Source: Thecamonas trahens ATCC 50062
Lineage: Eukaryota; Protista; Apusomonadida
Assembly (NCBI RefSeq): GCF_000142905.1
Contig: NW_013657668.1
Coordinates: 234,492-298,491 of the forward strand
Length of the DNA stretch: 64,000 nt
Direction of reading: 5' to 3'
Part shown: positions 20,294 through 30,139 of the stretch, one piece after another
Layout: each line of letters starts with the position of its first letter
Numbering within the stretch: position 1 is the first letter of the stretch
Translations under genes and position numbers: made by a program
The notes under the pieces: generated by a model
Databases searched by the model: none
The model's input: only the letters and a program-made list of their open reading frames with translations
What the model was told of the DNA's origin: nothing

Positions 20294-22045
20294 TCATGGA
20301 CGCCCCTGCAAATCAGACGCACCTGGCGCGTCCTCGCGCGCGGCAGACGACCGCCGCCGGCGCTCTTCGACCCGCTTGCGGCGCGCCTCCGGATCCAGGA
20401 GCGAGGAAACGGTCTCGGCCTTGACCTGCAATGGATCGACGCCCGGCGAGCTTGCCGGCGACTCGCGGCCCGACTTGGATAGCCGCTGTTCGCGCCGCTT
20501 CTGCCGCGCCGCCCGCCGCGCCTCCAGAATCTTGGACGCCGCCCCCAGCTCGGCCTTGCCGCGGTTCGACGAGAACGACGAGCCGGCAGAGAACGACGAG
20601 CCGGCCGACGCGACGCCCGACGCATCGGCCGCAGCCTCGGCCGCAGCCTCGGCCGCCTGCGCTGTCTTGCGCAGCTCGCGCTCTTGTGCCCGCGAGACCT
20701 TACGGGCAAGCTGCTTGGCCGCAAACGAGCCGCGCCGGCCGCGCCGCTTCGACTTGGCAAAGAGCACGGCGCGGTCGATCGAGTCCTGGTCGTCAACCGG
20801 CTCCAGATTGGCGTCGCCGGCATCGCCCGCACTCTCGGCCTTGCGCGTCATTAGCCGCTCCAGCGAGAGCCGCGAGATCGACGCGCCCTTGGCCTGAAGC
20901 TGAGCCGCGTGCTGCGGCGCTCCGTTCGGATGCTCCATGAACAGCCGCGCCAGCGCGATAACCAGCTCGCGGATGGCCGTCCGCTGCGCCACAAAGGCAG
21001 CCTCCATCACCGCCGGGTCGCGATTGAGCGTCTTGTGCGACGCGACCAGGATTTTCTGGCCCGACGCCCGCACCTCGGCATACACCCCAGCGATGAGCTT
21101 CTTCTCGGCATCGTACTCGGCGGTCGAGCCAGTCTCGTTGCCGCCACCGCCGTCGCCACTGTTCGCTTCGCTCGCGTTGCCGCCATCACTATCGCTGTCC
21201 TCGCCATCGCTCTCGACGTCTTCGTACTCGTACACATACTCGTCGTCGGCCGCATCGCCAACGACGCTCTTGGTCGCCGCAAGCTCGGGCTGGAGCATGG
21301 TGACAATGACCTCGGCGAGGTCGAGAACACCATCACGAAGCGTCGTCGATGCCTTGAGGAAAGCGGTCAACGAGCCATCGGCGTTGCGCCCGGTCTCGAC
21401 TAGGGCTCGCAATGAGTCCAGCACCGCCATTCCGGTATCGTACACCACGTCCATCGGCTCCTTGTGCTCAGCGTTGACAGCTTCCTCCACCATCGTATGG
21501 TCCCACGCCACGACTCGCGCCGCGACGCCCTCGGTGCCCGTCGGAGCCTGGGCTGGGTCCGGCAAAGTCTTCCGCGGCGAGCGCTCGTACATGGCCGGCT
21601 GGGCGAGGGCGGCGTCGAGCGATCCACAATCCTCCATCTCTTGTACCTGCTCCATGTTTCCGATGAGCGCGCCGCGATGAAACAGCAACGGAAGCTTGTA
21701 CTCGCCGCCTGCGACGTCGAACAACATCCGCTTGACATCGTCGGCGACGATGGAGAGATCCACCGAGGTATGGAGAACGGCTTTGGCCTGCAACAGGGCG
21801 GTCATCCGCATCATACCCGATCGGGTATCCCGTGAGCCAGTCTCCGACGTGCCTACAATCAACGGCACCATCGATCGCTCCTTCATCCACCGCTGCAGGG
21901 CCCGCCGGGTGTTGACCCGGGCAGGCAAGCCCAACCGCTCCCGCAGGGCCGCCAGCTCGGCCCTCTTCCGGTCTGCCGCCCTTTCCAGCTCAGCCACCTC
22001 CTTCTGCAACGACGCCACAGCCGCAGGCACTCTTTGGCTTGCCAT
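20294..22045 (-). CDS. Protein with N-terminal coiled coil, SH3BGR/glutaredoxin-like domain and helical C-terminal region
   Basis: LLQAKAVLHTSVDLSI...KLPLLFHRGALIGNMEQVQEMEDCGSLDAAL resembles the SH3BGR/Grx-like fold; no CxxC. Confidence 0.65.
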   Translation of the reverse strand: MASQRVPAAVASLQKEVAELERAADRKRAELAALRERLGLPARVNTRRALQRWMKERSMVPLIVGTSETGSRDTRSGMMRMTALLQAKAVLHTSVDLSIVADDVKRMLFDVAGGEYKLPLLFHRGALIGNMEQVQEMEDCGSLDAALAQPAMYERSPRKTLPDPAQAPTGTEGVAARVVAWDHTMVEEAVNAEHKEPMDVVYDTGMAVLDSLRALVETGRNADGSLTAFLKASTTLRDGVLDLAEVIVTMLQPELAATKSVVGDAADDEYVYEYEDVESDGEDSDSDGGNASEANSGDGGGGNETGSTAEYDAEKKLIAGVYAEVRASGQKILVASHKTLNRDPAVMEAAFVAQRTAIRELVIALARLFMEHPNGAPQHAAQLQAKGASISRLSLERLMTRKAESAGDAGDANLEPVDDQDSIDRAVLFAKSKRRGRRGSFAAKQLARKVSRAQERELRKTAQAAEAAAEAAADASGVASAGSSFSAGSSFSSNRGKAELGAASKILEARRAARQKRREQRLSKSGRESPASSPGVDPLQVKAETVSSLLDPEARRKRVEERRRRSSAAREDAPGASDLQGRP

Positions 22046-22202
22046 AACAGGGGAGGGATAGGGGGGGGGGGGGGGGGGTAGGGTCTGGGGGGAGGGGTGT
22101 CTCTAGCTATGATGCGGCCTGTGGGTCGCCGCTTGCCGTGGCGGAGGGAACGTGGTGCCGCACCACCAAAGAGCTGGCCGAGTGACACAGCGAAGGGAAC
22201 AT

Positions 22203-22253
22203 CGCAAGGCGACTTGCCGGCGCAAGGCGACTTGCCGGCGCAAGGCGACGTGC
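22203..22253 (+). repeat. 18-bp tandem repeat (CGCAAGGCGACTTGCCGG) x ~2.8
   Basis: Direct reading; the two full units each contain the hairpin GCAAG-GCGA-CTTGC. Confidence 0.85.
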
Positions 22254-22694
22254 AGGATCAAAGAGACGGAACGTAGTGGTGACGATGGGATGGGAGGTGA
22301 TGGGAGGTGATGGGAGGCAATAGGAGGTGATGGGATGATGATGATGATGGATGGGTGCTATGGATGGGTGCGATGGATGGGTGCGATGGATGGGGACCAG
22401 TCCGATGCTCATCATCGGCGTGCGGATGCAGTTGCGGATGCACGGATAGTATGATCATGGGCTGGTGAGATGGCCATGGGATGGTGTGAGGCGGATGGAA
22501 GAGCGAATCATAGTGACAAAGAGGCCGAGATGACAATGTCTGATCTGGTGCTACCTGGTGCCATGGCTGCCACGGCAGCTGCCAAGACGGTGTGGCCTCA
22601 CACCTGCCCAGTGATGCTTGATGCCACGCACGGCCACCGAGAGAGACACTCGCCCACCCCACCCCCCACCCCCCCCTCACACCCGACTTGACCA

Positions 22695-24060
22695 ATGTCC
22701 ATGTCATCACAGCGGTGGGTGGTAGTTGCTGGTGGTGTTGCGCTGGCTGTGGGTGGTCTCACAGGCTTGGCCTGGTGGTCATGGTCCAGCCAGCCTCCGT
22801 CCCCTGACGCCTCGCCTGCTCGTCTCACTACTCCCTCGCCCGCATCGCCCGCATCGCCCGCACCGCCCGTATCGCCCGCATCGCCCGCATCGCCCGCATC
22901 GCCCGCACCGCCCGCATCGCCCACACACCCACACACCGTACACCCGCTGCATGCCGCACATCCGATCGCATGCCATCCCTGATCCTTCCCCCGCCCCGGA
23001 GTTGCGGAACCCGGTGGCAAGGGCGCTGATGATGTGCGCTGATCGCGGTGGGGAGGCTGCGGGTGAGTTGGCAGATGCCGTCGTCCGCTCGATGACCGAG
23101 GAGAATCTGGCTGCTGTGGTGGCTCTGCGGGAGAACGCTGACCGGTGGATGCTGGATCGCCCGCTGCCTCATGGGTGGGACGCGCCGCTGGACGCACTGC
23201 TGACGCGACCGCAGATCATGAACATCGCCGCAGGCGAAGGGTTCTTCATTGCCGCCTCCATCGCCGCCTCGCATCCGACTGCCCAGTCGCTCGCCCTGGC
23301 CATCGAAGACGCGACCCCGCCGCCGCCGCCCGTCGTTGCCGACAACAGCCTCTATGTCGCTGGCGATAACATGCCCGGCACAGAGGCAGGGCGTGACGGC
23401 GACGACGAGACCGAGTGGATGGCTACCGTGACTAAGTTCCACGCCGCCTGGTACCACTGCGATGAGGAGGACGATTCCGGATGGGGCTGCGGCTTTCGGG
23501 TGGTGCAGATGCTCGCCCATGCAGCCTCGGGCCCGCACGCGGTCCCATCCATCGCCGACATTGTGGCCGCTTGCAACGCCTCGCCGCGGGCCGAGCCAGT
23601 GGTCTGGGGCGAGTGGCTAGCCGTCGACGCCCTCGCAGGCTACCTCGGCGCCGCCCACGGCCTGCTCGAGTGCTCGATGATGAGCGTTGACGCCATCGAC
23701 AAGCTCGACGTCCTTGCCCTCCGCCTGCAGCACCACCTTTCCGCCCACAACACCATGGCCGTCTTTGAGGGCACCGGACAGATTTTCTGCGTCGCCGGCG
23801 TCCGCTCGCGCCTCGCTCGCCGCGAGGTCCTCATCGTCGACCCGCACGGCCCGCCATCGGCAGCCACCCGCACCGAATCAGGCGTCCTTGTTGACTTTGC
23901 CTTCCATGGCGGTATCGGGTGGATCGAGCTCCGCGAGCTCCTCCTCAACACCGCACGCGTCGAAGCCGCCTCGGCCTTTGGTGGCGACCTTCCCCCTGAC
24001 AACGAGCTCCTCCGCCTCATCGGCGGCTGGCGCGTCCTGTTCCTCTCCAAGACTCCGTAG
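22695..24060 (+). CDS. UFSP-like peptidase (family C78) with N-terminal TM anchor (frameshift ~22920-22980)
   Basis: DDSGWGCGFRVVQML and IVDPH match UFSP GWGCAYRSLQ and DPH; upstream overlapping ORF 22695 gives a TM and SPA repeats in another frame. Confidence 0.72.
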
Positions 24061-24078
24061 CTCGCCGCCCGGCCGCTA

Positions 24079-24930
24079 CTAGTCGTCGCCGTACACTGAT
24101 AGTGCGCCGCACTTGTTGATGTACACCATGGCAAGCACAAAGTGGATAGCATCAAACTCGCATGCCATGTTTGCAATCCACCCGCCCTTGCGACGTTTGT
24201 ACTGCACCTTGCCCACCTTGCTGCCGTCGGCAAGCGCCAAGTTGAGCACATGCTTGGCCGAGCCCTTGGTCTCAAACTTGCCCGTCACCCGCATCACTAC
24301 TCCATCGTACTCGACTTCGTACGCCTTGACGCCATCCCGCCGGCCCTCGCCATACACATCACCGCCCTCGCCCACAATACGATAGCCCTGATCGCGGGCA
24401 AGAAGCCGCACCCCGTAGCCGTCGACAGCCCACCACATCTTTGTCTTGCCCGTCACAGACACAATCGGCCGCGGTTGTCGCTCCTTCTTGAGCGCCAGAA
24501 AGTAGTCACCAATGGAGAGGGACTTCTTCCGAAAGTAATACTTGCGCTTGGCAAGCATCATGTGCGGGGCAGGTGCCTGCTGCATCTGCGATGGTCCTGC
24601 AGACTGCCCTGACCCGCCCGGTCCAGCCATCCTGCACACCGTCTGGCAGTACGGGCACAAGAACGAGGCCGCTGATGGATCCGGTACCACCACTGTTCCG
24701 TGACAGCTTCCGCACACCACCATCGCACCTGCCGGTGCCGAATGTGCCATTTGCGGTGCTGCCTGCCTCTGGGTGGCCACGTAGACGCCGCACGATGGGC
24801 ACGAGCCGGCGCTAGCCCCGGCCGCCAGCTGCATTAGCGTGCCACAGGCGCCGCACAGAACGGCCTGACCACCCGACGGTGGTGGTGCTGAGGTCGTCGC
24901 TACATGGTACGAAGGTGGGGGTTCTGCCAT
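24079..24930 (-). CDS. PPxY + two LSD1-like C4 zinc ribbons + LURP-one/Tubby-C (scramblase-like) domain
   Basis: MAEPPPSY; CGAC...CPSC and CGSC...CPYC; KYYFRKKSLSIGDYF followed by beta-rich region and terminal hydrophobic helix. Confidence 0.62.
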   Translation of the reverse strand: MAEPPPSYHVATTSAPPPSGGQAVLCGACGTLMQLAAGASAGSCPSCGVYVATQRQAAPQMAHSAPAGAMVVCGSCHGTVVVPDPSAASFLCPYCQTVCRMAGPGGSGQSAGPSQMQQAPAPHMMLAKRKYYFRKKSLSIGDYFLALKKERQPRPIVSVTGKTKMWWAVDGYGVRLLARDQGYRIVGEGGDVYGEGRRDGVKAYEVEYDGVVMRVTGKFETKGSAKHVLNLALADGSKVGKVQYKRRKGGWIANMACEFDAIHFVLAMVYINKCGALSVYGDD

Positions 24931-25955
24931 GGTCCTGTCTCGCGTGCCTCTGTTCCTGTCACTGTTGGTGTGCGGGTAGCGGTGTGAGTAGCGTGAGGTG
25001 GTTGGTATCAAGTGCCCGTGCCGCCAACGTAGAGCTGACCCGGCGGTTTGTACGGTATCGCAGCCGGCCGGTACCAAAGCGACGGCAGAAAGCAGTGGAG
25101 ACGGTAATAACGCTCACAACGGATGGCCATCTGTCATGTGTGGAGGATCATGCCAAACAGAAGCTAGAATCCTTGGCCAAGCCGAGCATCGTCAGCATAG
25201 TGGTTGCTGCAGCAGGGAGGAGTCCGTTAAGAATAAGAAGGCGCGCACTTTGGCCAACTACATCCGTCACTCTGTCCCAGACAGCCATAGACCGAGGAGG
25301 ACAAGCTCTAAATCTCTCACTTTCTCTTGATACTTCTGCCACGCTCTTTTCCCTGCGATCAAGATCATGACAAAGCCATCACCGAGTTCACAGCACAGTT
25401 TGCTTCATGAAAAAAGAAAAAAAAAGCCACTCGCAAGTGCATGACACCGCCGTCAACGGACCGACGCGACCACAGGGCAGTGGCAGCGACCAAGAGCAGG
25501 AAGCCGGCAGCACTTGGTGCTCGCACATACACACACACACACATACACACACACATACACACACACATCTCCCAGTAACAACACGACACGTTCAGGCGCA
25601 TGAAGATTGTCCACATGCGGCCACCGGGGTCGAGGACAGCTACGTCGGACGAAGGGTCGTCTGCTGCCGGCGGACATGCCCATGTCCATGCGCCGTATGC
25701 CGAGGAGGGAGACCCAGTGACGCGGCTCCCTCTCGCTGCCCTCATGCCCACAGGCACCGCCCCATGGGCTGGTATCCAGATGCTGCAGAGGCCCGCAGGA
25801 GGTCCCGCCCACAAAGCCCAACTTTTATCACAGCCAAGGCCCCGCTCCTGCTTCTCCTGTCGCTGCTCCCGACCAGCCATCGCGGCCCGACCGCTATCAA
25901 CCGGCCCCGGACTGGTTCCCCTCGCGCCACTCGCAGCCGCTGCCAAGAACTTGGC

Positions 25956-26166
25956 ATGTCGTCGTCCAATCATCGCAAAACACCAACAAAGCGTCGCAAA
26001 GCAAGCGTCAAGGCCGCCCAGGTCATCGCAAAACACCAACAAAGCGTCGCAAAGCAAGCGTCAAGGCCGCCCAGGTCGCGCAAGGACGTCGCGCCGGTGG
26101 CCAAGACTCCTCCGCCGCCAGCGCAACGATCACCCACAACGCCGCCGCCACCAGCGCAGCAGCAGC

Positions 26167-26242
<76 letters not shown>

Positions 26243-27448
26243 TCGCCAATCGCCGTTACGATCTCGCTGCCCTCGCCGCTGGCAGCCGCCGCTCCGCCGT
26301 CGCCGCGCTGGGCACAGTCACAACGTGCTAGCACCCCAACCCGATCGGTCGGTGTGGCAACGTCCCCTGTGCAAACTCATACGGTGGCCAACCAAACCCG
26401 GCCGATGCCGCCGATGCTCGACAAAGACCTGCTGCGCGAGCGGATCGACGCCGCGGTGGCGGCAAACTCGTCCGCAGATACCTTTATGGCCGAGGTCGAG
26501 CGGCTGCAACGGCTGTATCGTGCGCAGCGGAGGGAGACCTCGATTTTCTCGCAAGCGCAGATGGACGACATGTTCTCGTCGCTTGCTGCACTCGCGCTGC
26601 GTGGCCTCGACGCACTCCGCCGCGAGTGCGGCCGGCTCAAGCAGGACGTGACCGATCTGGCCGCTGAGGCCGCCTCGGGCGTCGAGCGTTGCACCACGGC
26701 GTTGCAATCGATGGTACTGGCAGCACAGGATCACCAGCTGGAGTCGCAAACGTCAGCCGCCTCGCTGCATGCCATCTCGGACGAGCTGATGGTGGTCAAG
26801 ACCCAACGCGACCATGCCCGCCAGGAGCGTGATGAGTACAAACGCAAGCTGACCAAGGCTCAGAGCGATCTCCGCGCTGTCGAGACCCATCATTCCAAAG
26901 CTATGGACAATGTTCATGCCTCTCACGCCACCGCCATGCGTGCGACTCTGGAAAAGCTGCGCAAGCTCAATGAGAGCCGCGTCGAGGACACCCGCTCGCT
27001 CACCGCTCAACTCGAGTCGGCGTCGACCGAGAAACAGGCGCTCACTGCCCGCATCGCCGCCATTCAGCGCAGCGCCGACGCACGTGTTGCACAGAGTATG
27101 GCCGACGCTGAAGCCTCCGCCCTCGCCGCCCGAGACGCCGAGCTCGCCACCGTTCGTGCCTCGGCTGCTGCGCTTGCTGACAAGGTCCGCGCGCTCGAGG
27201 CCGCCGCAGTCTCGTCACCGGCCATCCATCGCGAGCTTGTCTACGCCCGCCAAAGCAACGCCTCTCTTCGCGAGTCGCAAAAAGATCTCGCCGCAAAGAT
27301 GTTGGACACCATGAGTCAGCTCGAGGCTGCCGAGCTCCGGATCGCTGACCTCGAAGCGGGCATCGCCAACGCGCGCCCGCTCACCTACATCTGCTCCTGC
27401 TGCCATCACCGCAACATCCGCCCGCAAGCAAACGCGTCAGCGCTCTAA
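25956..27448 (+). CDS. Coiled-coil protein with poly-Thr tract, interrupted by a 53-bp tandem duplication
   Basis: Removing one 53-bp unit joins ATG 25956 (MSSSNHRK) in frame to ORF 26354-27448 with no stop. Confidence 0.65.
25970..26075 (+). repeat. Perfect 53-bp tandem duplication
   Basis: 25970-26022 equals 26023-26075. Confidence 0.92.
26166..26240 (+). repeat. (CAA)25 microsatellite
   Basis: Direct reading. Confidence 0.97.
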
Positions 27449-27468
27449 TCACGTCCTGTGCGCTGCAT

Positions 27469-29610
27469 TTACGAGCTGCTGCCGTCGCCTGCTGCATGTG
27501 CCAGCCGCTGCATCCCGCCTATCTCCCGGAGCCGGGCCAGAAACGGCGGGTGTTTGGCTGCGAGCGCAGCGGCAATGGCCGCGTTCTTGCGCAGCTGTGA
27601 CCGAGTCGACTCGTCTATCCACGAGACCAGGGCCTCGGCGTCACGAGGTGACATCTCGGCTACGGTCCCCGCCACCCGCAGTAGCTTGCCGAGCAGCAGC
27701 AGGATGTTTCCAGTCAGCACCTCGATCGGAGCCTCTCGCGTAGCTCTAAACTCGGTCAGTGTGGCACGCAGCTCAGCCCGTGCCACCTCGGTAGCGCCCG
27801 CAGCAACCATCTCTTCGGCGCTGTCGTCGGCAAGTGCGACAAGAATCCGCACCAGATGATTCCGGAAATCCTTGCCCTCGGCAGCAGCTGCGCGCCATTG
27901 TGCAACCAGCGCGCCAAGGTACGGCCGAAAGGCCGCCGCCATCCACGCCGCACGCGCCAGGCGGCCTGCAAGAACCAGCACGTCATCGCTCTCAAGCGCC
28001 TCACCCTGGCTCCTTGCTCGCTCCCATGTCGGCAGCAGCAGGCTCGAGACGAGCTCGTCCGAGTGTGGCTCGCAAGCCGCCAGCCCGGCATCGGTCTTAG
28101 TCAGGTTGGCCAAGACTCCGACACACGCGGTGTGGACGTCACTCCCGGCTGCTGATCCTTGCACGCCAGCCACTGCAGCATTGACCATGGCGGGAGTATC
28201 TGTGCCGTCAACGCCGTGGCTCACAACGCTGGCCGATATGGCCAGTGCGAGGTCGAGTCGTTGCGCTGCGCCCTGGCCTGCCGGCTCTGGTTCTCTCGCG
28301 TCAGCGAGGCACACCCCAGGCATGAGCTCGCTGCTGCGGCAGATGATCTCACGGCCTCGTGCAACGTGTGCAAGTACGGCCTTGATGGCTGCAACAAGGC
28401 CCGGCGACTCGTCGGGGTGCAATCTCAGAGCTTCCAGCCACGCCTCGGGCACACCGCAGGCCGGGTAAAGACATGTCGAAGCCACCGCCTTTGCCGTAGC
28501 CTCCGAGTCGGTCGCCACAATGACGGCGAGCAGGGCGTCCGCTGCACGCCCCAGAGACTCGCCCATGACAGCCTCGATAAGTGCAGAGTCGCCGATGATG
28601 GCCGCCGCCGGGTCCGGGCTTGCAGCAGCAATAGCAAGAAAGTCCAGGCCTGCCTCAGCGACAACACCGGCCTTGATCCAGCCCACCACCACGTCGAGAG
28701 CATCGAGTGACATCAGTGCCAGACGTGCGGTGTCGGCCTCGTTGCCTGGCGCGGCCGCCACCAGCGCTCCCAGCGCCCCCAGTGCGGCCGCCGCGGCCGC
28801 AGAGCCACTCGGCGCAAAGGCATCGATGTGCCGCAGTGCGTGCGCACCGGCTCGCACCTGGCCCAGGAGCGAGTCGTCATCTGCGTCTTTGACCAAGGTC
28901 AGAGCCGCGTCGGCGGCCTCTTGCGACGCAAGATCACTGACGAGCCGGGCGCAGAGAGCCGCGAGCTTGTCGGTCTGGACCAGCGGTCCCAGATCGGTGG
29001 TCCCAGCCAGAGCAGTATTAAGCGCCTGAATGGCGGCGGGGAGCCGGTCCTGGCCCTCGAGCGCTAGCGCCTTGCGGTAGAGCGCCTTGGATACGAGCGT
29101 GGGGACGGTCATGTCGGCGTAGCGGAGAACGAGGTTGGCTTCGTGTTCTGCGGCACCAAACTCGCGCTTGTCGAGATATACCTGCGCACGGTTGGCATGC
29201 AGCGCCATCAAATGTGGCGCAGCCTTGAGACCCTCGGCATAGGCCTGGAGGGCATCATCGAGCCGGCCCTCACGGTAGGCGGCGTTACCGCGCTCTTTCC
29301 ACGCCGCGCCCTTGGCCGTGGCGGCCTTGCGTTTCTTGGCGCGCTCCTCCGCATCTGCCGCAATCGAAGCCAGGGCCGCCGGCACTGGCACATCGTCGAC
29401 ACTTTCTGTTCCCGACTGTGCCTGAGCCTGGGGCTGGAGCTGCTGCGATGAGCTGCGGTTGATGACCGTGGCGTCCGAGACGGTCTTGAGTCCGTCGGCC
29501 TCGTCCAGCACAGCGTCGACGTCGACATCCTCGCCCTTGGTCAGCTTCTCCACCGCCGCAGACACGGAGTCGATCTTGGCCAGGAAGGCCTCCATTTCAG
29601 TGTCGTCCAT
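27469..29610 (-). CDS. TTC12: TPR + ARM protein, TTC12-like (dynein-arm assembly co-chaperone)
   Basis: AFLAKIDSVS N-terminus, SIAADAEERAKKRK..WKERGNAAY TPR entry, three TPRs, C-terminal KNAAIA...FLARLREIGGM. Confidence 0.75.
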   Translation of the reverse strand: MDDTEMEAFLAKIDSVSAAVEKLTKGEDVDVDAVLDEADGLKTVSDATVINRSSSQQLQPQAQAQSGTESVDDVPVPAALASIAADAEERAKKRKAATAKGAAWKERGNAAYREGRLDDALQAYAEGLKAAPHLMALHANRAQVYLDKREFGAAEHEANLVLRYADMTVPTLVSKALYRKALALEGQDRLPAAIQALNTALAGTTDLGPLVQTDKLAALCARLVSDLASQEAADAALTLVKDADDDSLLGQVRAGAHALRHIDAFAPSGSAAAAAALGALGALVAAAPGNEADTARLALMSLDALDVVVGWIKAGVVAEAGLDFLAIAAASPDPAAAIIGDSALIEAVMGESLGRAADALLAVIVATDSEATAKAVASTCLYPACGVPEAWLEALRLHPDESPGLVAAIKAVLAHVARGREIICRSSELMPGVCLADAREPEPAGQGAAQRLDLALAISASVVSHGVDGTDTPAMVNAAVAGVQGSAAGSDVHTACVGVLANLTKTDAGLAACEPHSDELVSSLLLPTWERARSQGEALESDDVLVLAGRLARAAWMAAAFRPYLGALVAQWRAAAAEGKDFRNHLVRILVALADDSAEEMVAAGATEVARAELRATLTEFRATREAPIEVLTGNILLLLGKLLRVAGTVAEMSPRDAEALVSWIDESTRSQLRKNAAIAAALAAKHPPFLARLREIGGMQRLAHAAGDGSSS

Positions 29611-30139
29611 AGTAGGTGCGGGGGGGGGGGGGGGGGGGGTGAGGTGGGAAGGGGTGGGACGAGCTGGGAGTTCGTGAAGGCGCGCGAATCAACGCCGAGC
29701 GCCCTACACCATGACACACACTCCATACACAGCACATACACAGCGCACTCCTCGAATACACATTACCTACACGCGGTGTACATCGGTACTTTGCTGTATA
29801 CACATGATGTGCTCCCTGGCAGTACATCGCCGGCACACAGTCTGTTTGGATACCAAGCATCGCCCCCGACATGCACAACACCATACGAAAGGCGTCCACT
29901 GCATCGCCCACACACATTCTGCATCCTGACCACACATCACACACATCGCCCCATATGCTCCTCATCGCAAACTCATGCGATGGGGCCTTCACTCTGCCAA
30001 AACTATCCATCCATCCGCCATCGGTAGAATCGTCGACTGGCACGCGTCGGTTGGCCAACGGTCGGCCGTTGCCACCGCCGCCGGCGGAGAGGACGACACC
30101 GACCACGACTGTCACAGCTACCACACCTCGCTGGCCACC

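Noticed and set aside
18832-20482. ORFs 18832-19920, 19274-20023, 19434-20018 and 19659-20213 as genes
   Set aside because: The region is explained by the spliced small Tim gene and the RNase P RNA.
25090-25430. Lower-GC segment ending in an A-rich run as a retroposed element or Pol III gene
   Set aside because: No target-site duplication, A/B box or recognisable coding motif found.
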